64,000 bases of DNA, from contig NC_045696.1 of assembly GCF_009834535.1 (NCBI RefSeq), positions 14,510,001 to 14,574,000 of the forward strand, read 5' to 3'. The DNA comes from Camelus ferus (lineage: Eukaryota). Positions 51,301 through 64,000 of the stretch are shown one piece after another (position 1 is the first letter of the stretch; every line of letters begins with the position of its first letter). The notes under the pieces are model-generated. The model saw nothing but the letters and a program-made list of their open reading frames with translations, was not told where the DNA came from and did no database searches. A program made the position numbers and the translations under genes.

Positions 51301-53379
51301 CCTTTCATTGTTTCTTGTTAATCATTATAGGGATTTAGTTTGGGGGGCTAGATTCAGGTTATACAGCTCAGTCAGTAATCATAACCTATGCTTTGTAAAT
51401 TTACATCATGGCAAGACTAGTAGGTAGCAAGTTAGTTGCTTAAATATTAGAAGAAAGCAATACAAGTTTTCAAAAATTTAGAATCTGGATATGAAAATAA
51501 ATTTTGGATTATTCTTCTAGCTATATCTCTTTATACTTCTTGCATAGCACTCATTTGGCATAATGTAAGTTTAATTTTTTTCAAAAGGAAAACATTTTAA
51601 TCCCACAGAATACTTTGAAGTAATAATATGTTGTCATTATATTTTGCCAAATTTCAAGATGAAAAGTAATCATATAAGAAATAGATTGTTTTCACACTGA
51701 CTCAATATTTTGCTTTCATTGTGGTGTAGGTCTAAGGCAATTTTCAAAAAAAAATTAGGTATTTATTTTGTGTGATTTTCCTAGACCAAACTGTATCCTT
51801 TTTAAATTTTGGTACTTTATAATGGGAAACAATTTTGCAGCAAATTATACTGGTTGAATTTTACAGTTCTTCCTTGGACCATCTCATTCCCCGCCCCCAT
51901 CTTTTCTTTCATCAAACAGCAATTACTCACAGTCCACACACCATATTACTTGATTTTTCTTTTTATGAGAATTTCTAGTCACACAGAAAAAATAACAATC
52001 TTCCTCCTAAATGTTCTATTATAGAGTTTTCCTTTCACAAAGCATCTATGTTCCCTATTACACTGATTAAAATCAGTTTCATGTAGTGCCAACAAGAGGA
52101 TCATTTCTCTCCCTCAAAGGACTATTGTAAACACGTAATCTCTTTTATTTATATTATTCCCACTGTGTAAGGCCTCTTTTATGATATTTCTGATTCTAGG
52201 GTCCCATTGTCATGTCCCAGATCTTTATAGGTGCATAAAGTCTTTCTTCTTGCTCCAAGCTTTGCTTTAGAAATGGATGCAATCTGATTTTGACTTAGGC
52301 AGTCCGTACTGCAGACAGCAGCGACTGACTTATCAGGATCCAAACACCCTCCCTGACATCTGTGGGGAGTGGCACATCCAAATGAGACAGCAAGTCAGAT
52401 TATCAGGTTACTTATGTTGTAGAGTTGCTACAAACGATGAGACAATGCCTAGTAAAAATAATCAATTGACAATCATTAGCTATTATTATCTTTTCAACAT
52501 CAATCATTCTGAGTTGCTCATCCTTTCTCTCTTTTTATGGGGACCATATTGAATAGTTGAATAATAATAGAGCTGGCTAAAAAAATGACAGTTGACATGT
52601 TCCTTGATAAAGATTCAACCTAGACATATCTTTAATACATTCTTTTATTTTTATTTTTATTACTATATATTTTTCACAGTGTAGAAGCAAAACACAATCA
52701 ATATCCAATATTATACAATATTTTGTATGTCACTCTCAAACATACCTACTAAAGAGTAGATTACATGCCAAGTTATTACTTAATTGGCTCTTAACTATTT
52801 TACATTCTGTAGATATTTTTGCTAGATTATCTTTTATTCTTATTAATTCTTATTATTATTATTATCATTATTATTAAAGTACAGTCAGTACATTGGTTGG
52901 GGGGTCTTACATGGGCTAGAATGTGTTGCAATTTGTTTCCCCCAATACAAAATTGAATCTAAGATTTTGCTACCTAAATATTTAGTATCTAACACAATGT
53001 AAAGACTGGATTATAGATAGTAAGGGTTGCATTTTCTACCTCATTTAGTCTCTTTCAAGCTGTCATACTCTCTGGTGCCATCCTTTCATCTTCAAGTTCC
53101 CAAGGAATCAAATAATGCTCCCCATTTGTTTACTAATTTTACACTCAAATCCAGTAACTATGACTCTTTTGCATCTGCCCCTTTACTGACTTTCCTTCTT
53201 AAAGCTGATTAGCATTCATCGAGCAGAGGTCCTTCATCAGCCTTTATTTGGGCATTTACAATAGCTAATATCATTGACCTCCCCTGCCTTTGATTCTCTC
53301 TTTTCCTCATGTCTCTGATGTGAGAAGTTTGCTTTTTTGTGTGTCAGTTGGTAGCTAGTTCCTCATCCTGCTCTTGTCC

Positions 53380-53870
53380 TCTAAAAAGATATATTTATCA
53401 ATGTTCTTTCCTTGTCTGGTTTTCTTACAGCAGAGCCTACACCTATAAGTTCAACCATTGCTTTCCAACTAGATGCCCCGCCAAGCTCAGTGCCAGCCTC
53501 AAGTTCTCATTCCAGGTCTTTACGTACTTTCATCATATGTCCGGAATGTCTCGCAGGCATCTTGAATTTGAAATCATCAAACTGATGTTTTCCCCACAAG
53601 CCAAACTCTTATTTTTGATGCTCCTATTTGTATTTGTGGCATGATCATTCTCCCAGTCATCCAGATTTGAAACTGTCAGTCATCACAACACCTATTTCCC
53701 TTCATTTCTCACAGATAATCAATCTTATCCTAGTTAAAAAAAAAAAAATAGCATCTCTTGAATCTATCCCTTCATTTTTATCTCAAATTCCATTACCCTA
53801 CATCAAACCCTAATTGCACTGTTCTGGCTTACTAAAATAATATTCCAGCTGGTTTTTATCACATCTGAAT
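53380..53870 (+). mobile_element. L2 fragment
   Basis: atgtctcgcaggcatcttgaattt...cattctcccagtcatccagatttgaaac...atctcttgaatctatccc. Confidence 0.65.
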
Positions 53871-56800
53871 GCTGCTCAGACTTTGACCCCTAAAGATAAA
53901 GAGATATATTATGTACATGGTATACATTTCTTTGAACATCTAGGGCTCATTTGGGGGACTTTGAGAGCTTGTTTGGCGGTTCTAGCAGGGAACGCAGCTA
54001 CTTGTATCCCCTTGAACAAAAGACAGTTCTCCTCTATCTGGGAAGGTCAACCTCTTCCACCGAGTGAGCACTCAGCTTCCAGCGGAATGCACATAGGACC
54101 CCTGCCTAGCCAGCCAGAGGAGCCAAATCTACCCTGGGGATAAATGGGGTGACAGCTGTCACAGCCAGATTGTCCTCACATCCTCATTTGGGGAACTTTA
54201 AACAACAGTAGTTAGAGAGGTTTCTATAGGTAGAAGAATAATAAGATCTGAAAGGTAGCTGGGAGTAAAATCTTAAATCCTAGAGCACTGAGAAATTTTA
54301 GTGAACATGCTTTATCTACAATGTTGAAGTTTTATCTTTAGTATCCATAGTACCTAGCAAAATGCTTTGCATATGTGAGATGCTCAAGAAATCCTTATAT
54401 CAGGAAACAAAGGGAAATATGGCAAGTATATTAAATTATTAAAATGCACATTGATTTATATCTCTTAAAAGTCTCTAGAACACAGGAAATATCTTAATTT
54501 TGTTTCCATACTTCAAGTATTTAAACAATAATATAAATTTTAATGCTTTTCTTAATTACCATTGAGTGTCATATATCCCCCTAACTTATAAACATATACA
54601 TATGTATTTATTGTATTTATTGAATGTATTACATACATATATATGTATATGTGCTATATTCAAAGATAAGCTAATGATTCATTGAAAGAGCTTATCTGGT
54701 GCCAGAGTTTTGCTTTGCTTTTCGGTTCTTATTTTCAGTCTGCTTTCTTTACAGACCATCCATCTCTGCATAATAATTGAAGAATCTCCTGAGCTAAAAA
54801 TAGTAACTTCTGGAAAAGAACTCAGGCTCTTGGTACTTAGCCATCTTATTCATCTTATATGGTGGATACATTTACAACGCAATGATTCAAATGCATGTGG
54901 CTTTAAAAACTTTTTCAGAAAATATGAGGTCATACATCATAGATTAATATTCTTCTCATGTCCCCCCTCATCCATACACAAATGTCTCTTGGGGTTAGTG
55001 ATATTAATCCATTCCTGTGGTTTTGCAGTCCTGGAGAATATAGTGTAGCATGCCTCCTGGTTTAAAACAAAAAGCCTTATGGTGTTCTTTGGCTTTCTGT
55101 TCCCTTGGCTTTCTGCAGAGGCCAGCATCCATGGGAGGGATTTGCTTTGTTTTTCCTAATTATCAGCATCTGGCTGAAACAGAGTCCAAAATGAGGAAAA
55201 GCAACACAGAGAACTTCAAGCCATGCTAATAACAGGTGTTCCCAAGGATCAAGTTCACGAACAACCCTAGGGGTAAGATGAGATGCACTTTACAGCTGAA
55301 TTGTCTCTGAGACAGATCAAAAGCATCAGGAATTTGCATACAATAGTTGACTTGCTTCACTTCCCGGTATATTAAATGGATTTAACAATTTTTCAGAGGG
55401 CGATTTTGGGTAAAGAGAGTGAAAGATGTGCTAACGTGGAATGACTGCACAGAATAAATTCATGTTGGCTTTGATTGGTTACTCTTCCTCCTCTTACCAC
55501 GTCTCACCCCCAGTACACACACACACACATGCTTGCACACAGACACAGGTACACATTCATGGGCATGCACACATTCCCATTGATAACCTTGTCTGAACCG
55601 TTGCAGTGACGTACAGAATCATCCATTGTAACTCATGTATGAATTAAATAGAATGCAGAAGAGCACCGAAACACATCATGAGGTAGCTCCCTGGTTTTGA
55701 TTCGGAGTCGCAAGACTCTAAATTATTTCGAAAATTATCTTGAAATTATAAAAGCTGGTGAAAATGTTAGCATGATAGATTTAAGCCAAGAGAAGTACAA
55801 ACTCTTAAATACCTCCTCATGAAAGTACCTTGAACAAAATATAAGCTATACAGCAGGTTTATAGCAAAATCATGATACCAAAGAGGTTATCCCTCTTATG
55901 TAGGGTGCCAGTGTTATCGTTTTCACAACATGTGCATTCTACCAGAGCTTTTAGGAGGTGGATGAATTACCTCTTCAATTACCAATAGGGTTCTTTCATC
56001 AGCATGTAAAAACCTGCTACCTGCTAGTGGCCCAGAGTGTATCAAAGGTTAATCGATATTAGAGAGAGAAGCAGTGACAATAAGATGACTGAGCATTACA
56101 AGGGCAGACAGTTGAGAAAAGACACATCCCTTTGGCTCACTTTTCTCCCCACTCCAGCACACTGAAGAGGGCAAGGATGCGACAGCTCAGGGCCAGAGCT
56201 TGCCTCTCCCAACCCCAGCTTTCTGCGAACACCAGGTCTCAGCCCTAATCTAGGCTGGTTTAAGAGAAACAGATTCTTACGTTGAATTTGAGATTAAACT
56301 TTAAAGGGTGTATATTTGAATCCCATTTTGGAATCTGCTCACATGTCACTAAAAGGAAGAGAAAGGATGACTGACGGAGCATCGTGGAGGACAGTCATTG
56401 CAGGAAAGTAAAATTACATCCCCCAGTCGAAGCCCTGCATCACTTCGCTCTCCTGTAGATAAGACTGAGTTGCTCTCTGTTGAGGAAACTTGGTGAAGTC
56501 TTGAAAAATTCTGGAAGTGACCCTGTTTATTCTCTTTTACCTTTTAACATAAATGTAAAAGAAAAAAAGGAATGTAAAAGAAAGAAAGGAAATTGCCTAC
56601 TTTTCTGGGCAAATTGCAAATTCTGTATTTGAGACTATTAATTATTAGTCAATGACTAGATCCCAGTTTCATTTGTCATGCCATTTTTATTATCAACAGC
56701 TGTATCTTGGGCACTCACGTTTTCTATGAGTTTATACTGTACATGAACCCATTTTCTGCATAAACTTTGTCTTTTTCTGTCATTTTAAAATTTTCAGTTA

Positions 56801-58289
56801 ATAATAATTAAAGACAAAATATGGTTTGCTACTCCCCAACTTGTACTGATTTCTCCTCTCCTCCTTCTTCTGTCTTCTTTTCTTCTTTTTCTTATAATAA
56901 TAATTATTATTGTTATTATTATGATTCTTTTGCCAGTTCTTTTTCTTTAGATTGTTTTTTGGGGAAAGGTTATTACTGGTGGTGGGCCCAATATTACTGC
57001 ACAGTTTCTGCTAAGATTTTCACATTTGCCTTTTAACTAAACCTGTGCTTTTGCAAATCTTGTTCAATAATAAGATTAACTTTCTCAGACATCTTTTTCT
57101 ATGTCATCTGAACACTGTCTTGATGTATTGGTGCCATAAACATGTAACATCATCAATAATCTTTATCAATTAGTAGCATTTCCTAGGAAGAAAAATAATG
57201 TTTATAATGCCTTTCACCACACAAATTCTGCCTCACAAGAAAAGCTATTTAATAATGTAAGAGTTTGGGGAAATGTGCTTCCAAAAAAAAACCCCTAAAT
57301 GTTTAGCTCAGTTGACCTAAAACATCTACAGAGAGATGAGTTTCCCTTTAACCTAAGCTGGAGTAGTGGTGACTCCCATCAGACTTCTCTTTACTATGTA
57401 GGATCTTTCTTCAAATTATAGATTTAAAGTAATCTTCAAATCTTCAAATTACAGATTTTTCTCTATTGGGACTTGATGTCTCCTAGGCTCCCTCAATTAA
57501 ACATTTTTACTCCACCAAGAGTCTGAGTATAATATATCTCAACATAAATGTATCTATGTAAATCAATCATGCCGTAAATTCTCTTGAGTACATTTAAATG
57601 TGTTTTAAGACATGCTCCTGTCAGTAGTTCCCAAGTATAATACAGTCGTGGGGCTCCCACTATGTGGAAGTTGGTAAGTCCAACAGCTTGCATTCATACT
57701 CATATTAAAAGTTGTATTCACAGCACAACTTTGAGTATTCTTATTTGCTCTGTTTTTCTCATCTCTAGAAGCTTTCTAATCCCATGCCCCTGCTGTCTTT
57801 TGGCCATTTCCAGTTGCCACTCAAGATTTTTCAGTCTATCTAATTTTTATTTTTTCTGCCCACCATTTCCTTGTATCCGAGGTCTTCCTCTCAGAACATA
57901 GATTTATTCACTTATTTCAGCTTTCCTTACCTCCTGAGCTCCGGTCCTCAGATGAATGTTTTTCTAGCCTTTTGTTCAATGGTTAGCTAACTGGGCCTTC
58001 TACTCCTTTGGGTTTAGATCTTCTTGGTTAGTGAACTGAACAATCACCGTATTTTCTTTGTCTCAGCTCTAATGAACTTTATTTGAACTATAGTTTTTTC
58101 TTCTTCCTCTGACTGTAACTACTGCCCCTGAAAAAAGACAACCAAGATTTGAGGGTTCTGCTTAATCAAAATGTTAATATCCTTGAAAAATGGACTAACG
58201 TCAATGAGCCTGGCACCCAAGAAGAAACATTATTATACTTTCAATCTTTTTATAGAATTAAAAAATAAATAATTAAAGACTACAGCAGT

Positions 58290-58848
58290 GTTTTTTTTTT
58301 TAATTCAGTCAACCAAATCAAGGCTGCTTTCTTTTTCCTTTTTTTTTTTTTCAAAAGGTTTGAGCTCAATAAAATGCACAGGATTCTTTGCCAAGCCTTT
58401 TTTTTTTTTTTTAATTTTTAAACCCATGGGTATTTCAAGGGAAATTCAACCCACATGTTCCTGATTCATTTACACTTAATTCATTAAAATGTTGTTTTGT
58501 AAGACCTATTTGATGTCCAAGGGCCTTATGTGTCTTTTTAGATGATTTTTATGCCATTTTTCCCCTTAAAAACAGGAAATGGTATTTTACTAAGAACTCA
58601 AACTGCAAAAGGCTTGAATTTCATATGAATCACAAAAGTACATCAAGGTGATTATATCGCTCCTGGGTCATATTTGCCATGGGAGAGCACCTAGAACAGG
58701 TGCTCTGAATAGACAGTGTCATTAATGAAATTTCAGATTTCCCCAACACAAAGTCTCCCAAGTGGAGGAGACTTCCAAAGTCAGACTGTAAAAGGGCATA
58801 CACAACAAATCCATTTACCCTAATGTGTATATGAATGTAATGTTATTA
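58290..58848 (-). pseudogene. Putative old processed retrocopy (3'-UTR-like fragment), parent unidentified
   Basis: Terminal T-run at 58290-58301; ~550 bp matching no TE I recognise; degenerate direct repeats aattaaagactacagcagtgtt (58271-58292) / aattaggactggcgaagtgtt (58848-58868). Confidence 0.45.
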
Positions 58849-59974
58849 ATTAGGACTGGCGAAGTGTTAGAGCAGAGACATCTAACATCTGATAGCCCTG
58901 GGATATCACTGGACTCAATTTATTTAAATCTAAATTTTCCTTTTTTCCTCATCTCACCCCAAGAAAGGAGCTTGTAAGAAAAGCAGACAAGAGAGGAGAA
59001 GCAGACCATAAGAGATTAAGCCAACAGAAAGTGTGTATGCATTGACAATAAGAAACACTCTAATATAAAACATCACTTTTTCATTTTTTCTAAATTGAAG
59101 GGGAAACTTTTTAACCTGGAGACAGTTTGATAGCAATTATGCAGTATTTTATTTGTGACAAAGAAATGTCTGGGTGCCTGTGTAATGGGTCTGCATTTCC
59201 TCGGATCTGCTTTCTTTACCAGCACAGCACTGAAAACTCTGCCCTAGAACTTTTGAGTTCAAGAGCAGCTCTGAAGTCCCTAAGTAAAATCCAGCATCAC
59301 AGCCACACCAAAGTGCTCTTCAGCCTGGTTTAATTTATGGTGTAGGCAAATCTCGAAAAAGAATACCAATACCCACTAAGAATAACCCACAGCACTAATT
59401 TGGATTAAATCTTCTGCAGCCAAAATCAAAACTATTAGAAACAGTAAATTTATGGACAATTCACTCATAACCAAATGACCTGATTTATCCAGGGCTGGAT
59501 TCTATCCCAGGTAATATATATGAGATCCTTAAAGTGTTCTTGAGCTCACTTTTTCTTGTAGAAGTCTTTCAAGGTAGTCCTTTTAATTTCAATTTTGAAT
59601 AGTCTAAAATACATATGACTATTAAAAGTTACTGTGATTAATATTTTGTATACACAATCTTTAAACACACAAAGAAAATATGACCCTCACCTTAGACTAC
59701 TCATTAGAGACTTAGAAATTAATTAAAAGGCTCTTTTCTGAGCTCCATTGAGTAGTGCTAAAGGCCATACTTAACATACGAATTGAAAGAAAAAAGTCAT
59801 ACTCTATGTTGCAAAAGAAAGCTAAAGTTAATGTTCTTTGTAGAACTCATTAAGCAACACAGACAACTAAAGGTGTCACTTAGGTGAGAAATAATGGCTT
59901 GGTCAAAGAACACTACCAGATCTTATTCTGTATGGATGCTTATGTAGACATGGATGTATTTTTTTTTTTTAAAT

Positions 59975-60420
59975 CACTGCATCAGTGAGCAATGCTGTAT
60001 AACAAGTAACCCCAATATTTAGTGGTTAAGACAATATGCTTTTCTCATTTTCACAAATTTAAAGTTGTCTGAGTGGTTCTGCTAATCTGGGCCATCCTTG
60101 ACCAATCTCTGTTGAGTTTACTCATACATCTGAGGTCAGCTGGCTGATCTGAGAAGACTTCTGCTATCATGACCTGGGTATCCTCCTTATGGTCTTTCAG
60201 ACTCCAACAGGCTAGCCTGGGCATGACCTCATGGCAATAACAGAAGTCTAAAACAGACTCTCTAGACTGCCTTTTCAAAGCCCTACTTGCGTCACATTAA
60301 TCACTTCCTATTGGAAGTCTCATGGCTAAGCCTGGATTCAGAATAGGAGAAATCCCAAAAGGCATAACAGAAAGGGATGGATTCCAAGAAGCTGTTAACT
60401 TGAGCCACTAATACAACTGA
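59975..60420 (-). mobile_element. MaLR solo LTR (MLT1H/I/J-like)
   Basis: atgctgtataacaagtaaccccaatatttagtggttaagacaa...tggttctgctaatctggg...ccaacaggctagcctgggcatg...catggctaagcc. Confidence 0.8.
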
Positions 60421-62164
60421 TAATTGTATTCATATATTCATGATTATCTAGAAAAATCCTTAAAGTATTTCCACAGGAAATCTTTTCTCAAAACATTCTT
60501 GTGTGAGTTAGCAGGTAGGTGAGGCATATGATTAACATGAATATAATATCTTCATTTTCATCATTCACATTTTCTGTATCTTATTTTTTCTCTAAGTCAA
60601 TACAGTGAAATTATACTATGAAATTATTATGCCACTTCCCTTCCTCAAGAGTCTAGCTTTCCTTGATTCTCTGCTAGATTAGTTTATCTTTTATATGCTC
60701 TCTCACATTTTTTTTTCCTCTTCCAAAACTCATCTCTTTACTTGAACTTTATTAGATGGACATCTTTATTAGACTGCAGCTATTTTGTTGTTGTTAGGAA
60801 TGTGGCTTTCATTTTTCATTCCAGTTTCTCACCACTTGGCTAAATTGGTGGTGTATACTAGGCAGTCAATATACAGTTAAATCTATCTTGGAAAACACAG
60901 TGGAATATGAAAGGCATGGAGACCAAAAGAGGGAAATTACAGAGAACGTACAAGAGGAAACAGCTAGACTAGGAAGGAATGAGGTTAGATATAGAACCCC
61001 AGTGTAAGAGGATATAATACAGTGCAGAATGCGCAAAGGGAGCCAAGATGCTAGAAGTGGAATGGATCAAGTCTGAAGTAGAAGAGGAAGTTGTAAAAGA
61101 GAAAAGAAAGAAACACAATAAACTGGTAAAGGGAAACAAAAGCAAGTAGTAAAGCTAAAGCTGTATTTACTTAAATCCAAAATATTTGGCTTGCTCATTG
61201 GAAATACTGGAATTTCCAAATAAAGCAAATACATGGATTGCAGTAATTAGAGCATCCACAATGTTCTGCCATACTCTAGTATTCACTCCTGGGCCACTAG
61301 CTGGCTCCCAGTGCCAAACCTTTCATGTAGCGTCATGTAACAAGCACTGAAACTAATGTTTTGCAAAGCACCCAAGCTCAACATCTGTATAGAAACCGTC
61401 TAACCGCAGTGCAGATTGTCTTCAAATGCAAATGAACAGTCCTTCTACACCAACCTTGTTTATTCTGACACCAGTAAAATTCCCATTACCCCAGAAACAT
61501 AAATACATCGTGTAAACATCAACATGCATGGGTGTCCTTATCTTTCACAATATCTCATGATATTTGCCTTTAACACTGACGCATGATTCTGATTTCTTCA
61601 CAGGAAGTAAATCTGGACTAAAACGAAATACCACATGATTGGTACGATGTCAAACATTTTTATAATACCTTAGAAACATTTATTAATCTCTAATTGTGAC
61701 AAATTACCATTCTAAACTCTTTAAGAAATACAACTTCATTTAAGACTCATTTTTTCAAGAGGATTAAGATTTTTTGGAGGTGAGAGGCATGAAAAGAACT
61801 ATAATTTTAAACAGGATATTAACTTTTACAAAAGGTATGCAAACATATTTCCATAGATGCCAAAAATATTATAGCATTGTTGTAATTGGAGCTAGTAGGG
61901 ATGGTTTCATGTAAGAGTTGGCATGTAAATTAAAAAGAATGTTAATAGGCATGAATGGAAAAGTAAAAAAGGTTGAATAAAAGCAGGTGATAGAGGATAA
62001 GGTAAAATGGAATGGCTAGAAAAGCAGACTTACTGGGAAATTATATTAGAAAGTTAAATGGGAGTTGTGCTATTGAAGGCCATGGATACCAAACTAGGGA
62101 TGTTAGCCAGTGATTTTGAAAACAGGGGAAAATGATGTTTTAGATTTCTGACTGCAATAAAATG

Positions 62165-62323
62165 TGGGTATTCTTTAACCAGAATCTATGAGTGAGTTCC
62201 AGAAGTTCAAGAACCTTCTGTAATTGTCTAAAAACATTTGATGTGAGCATTTTCTGAGACAAGTTTCACAGCTTTTATCATTCTCTCGCAAGCACCATGG
62301 TGATTCAACTTAAGAATCAGTGT
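62165..62323. mobile_element. MER103-like hAT-Charlie MITE, degraded
   Basis: ttctttaacc...gcattttctgagac...cacagcttttatcattctc...ttaagaatcagtg. Confidence 0.5.
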
Positions 62324-62919
62324 GATCTGTTGGGAGACAATTCTTGAATAAGTTTATGTTTCTCCATGGTTAGAGCTTTATAAGCAGAGAACACTGGCAA
62401 ACTGGCAATAGCTGAAGGTTAAATTAAAAGATAATTGGAATAGCAAAAAAGAATAAAAATAAATAAAACCTCCTTGGAAGTTATAGTTACAGGAAATACT
62501 TCTGGAGGCTAACAGAGTTTCATCTCTCTGGATGCATTTGCTTATATTTCGGAGTGATAAAGTAAGAACCTTCTCTTCCAGAGAGAATTTGTTTACATTT
62601 ATTTATATTCAGAACAAAGGTTTCTTTTTCTTTCTTTTCTTTCTTTCCTTGCTCTCTCCTGTTTTCTTTCTCCTTCTTTCTCTCTCTCTGTCTCTCTCTC
62701 GGCTGAATTGACAGTACCTCCATGTAAATGCCAATTTTCATAATTTTGGGATCCCTCTTTTGTGGCCCCAACCTCACTGCAGAAACAGGGGACTTCTGCC
62801 TTTCCCCAAGTCTCCCCAGAGCAGCGTCAGGAACCAGCACAAGCTGCTTTCCAAGAAGTTGATCTTTTTCTCAATCTAGATTTTTGAAATCATATATGTA
62901 CATAAAAGTGTAACAGAAT

Positions 62920-63230
62920 TTTTTTGTTGTTGTTGATTCTTTAGGATTTTCTACATAGACACTCAAGTCATCTGCAAAGAAAGACAGTTTATTTCTTTTT
63001 CTCAACCAGTATACCTTGTATTTCCTTTTCTTGTATCATTGAATTAGCCAGGACTTCCAGAATGATGTTGAAAAAAGTAGTGAGAGTTACATCCTTGCTT
63101 TCTTCCTGATCTTAGTGAGGAAGCGTCTAGTGTCTCACAATTAAATACAATGTTAGCTGTCAACGTTTTGCAGAATTCTTCATCAAGTTTAAGAAGTTCC
63201 CCTTTGTTCCTAGTTTACTGAGAAATTTCA
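62920..63230 (-). mobile_element. L1M ORF2 fragment
   Basis: ggattttctacatagac...gtcatctgcaaagaaagacagtttattt...aggacttccagaatgatgttgaa...catccttgctttcttcctgatctt. Confidence 0.85.
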
Positions 63231-63319
63231 ATAATATATTGTGGTCTTGGCTAATTCTCCTAATAAAATACTCATCATTTGCGGATTAAATAATTATTAT
63301 ATAAAACTGTAATTTTTAA

Positions 63320-63480
63320 ACTGTGGTCTCCAAACCAGAAGCATCAGCCTGGTCTGGGGATTTACTAGAAATATACCTTCTTGGGATCTATCAGAGACAT
63401 ACTCTATCATTTCACCTATCTATAGTTGAACAAGCCCTCTGGGGATTCTAATGTGTCCTAAAGTTTAAATAACCACTGAT
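63320..63480. mobile_element. MER5A-type MITE
   Basis: ccagaagcatcagc...ttactagaaat...aacaagccctctggggattctaatg...aaagtttaaataaccactg. Confidence 0.75.
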
Positions 63481-63499
63481 ACAGAAATCTTAACTTTTA

Positions 63500-64000
63500 A
63501 TCAACTTAATAAACTCAAGAAATTTAAACACAATAAAGTGAAGAACTAGCAGAAAAAGTAAGAGAAATCAGCAAAGTGAGCATACGATTACAATTTTATG
63601 AGACTTTTTTATATTAACAATAATTGGTTAGGAAATGAAATACAAAAGTACATTAATGATATAATAATAAAACCTGAAAAATAATCTTTATGAATAAAAA
63701 TATTGAAGTCTTACTGAATGTCAGAAATGTACATATGGTAAAAAAGTTTGCAAATATGAGATAAAATTTTAATTTAAGTAATAAATAAAATACATTTCAA
63801 ATAAATAACTCAAAACATAAATGGGTAAAATATATGAACAAAGTTCATATAAATAGCCAATATACAAAACTGTTCAACCTCAAACATAATTATGGAATTT
63901 AATGCAGTAATAAAGTGTTTTTTATGTATTATATTGACAGTATGAAAGGCTTCCTATCCAGTATTGATCAGGATGTAGAAAAATTCTACACTCTTTACTG
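63500..64000 (+). mobile_element. Degraded L1M, runs off the window
   Basis: aaatgggtaaaatatatgaacaaag...aatagccaata...tgttcaacctca...tgatcaggatgtagaaaaa. Confidence 0.55.

Noticed and set aside
53890..54220. Possible old ERVL-type LTR
   Set aside because: GC-richer segment, but no family or termini could be confidently recognised
62520..62840. 106-aa charged ORF
   Set aside because: Driven by a TC-rich low-complexity tract; non-ATG start
1..64000. Prokaryotic-type systems (CRISPR, operons), tRNA/rRNA genes, tRNA-derived SINEs
   Set aside because: Mammalian non-coding DNA; no spacer arrays, intact A/B-box elements or rRNA-like sequence seen

Overview
AT-rich, CpG-poor eutherian non-coding DNA (intergenic or a very large intron). 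No host protein-coding exon, tRNA or rRNA can be supported; the only recognisable ORFs are LINE-1 remnants. Old placental repeats (MIR, L2, L1M, MLT1/MaLR, ERVL LTR16-like, MER5, MER63, MER102, MER103) are mixed with younger L1s whose 3' UTRs look cetartiodactyl, most likely camelid. That species call is an inference from recalled L1 3' ends and from seeing no Alu, B1/B2, SINEC, Bov-tA or PRE1. The most notable element is a 2.9-kb, TSD-flanked L1 (11901-14835, minus strand) with a complete 5' UTR and ORF1 but almost all of ORF2 removed at one junction (HAL1-like, or spliced/template-jump). Also present: a twin-primed 5'-inverted L1, a probable short L1 3' transduction, a probable old mRNA retrocopy (~58290-58848), a perfect 22-bp palindrome, candidate + strand exons and HOX/PBX/CDX-motif-rich repeat-free blocks. 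Repeat subfamily names come from recalled consensus sequences, and boundaries of old repeats are approximate.
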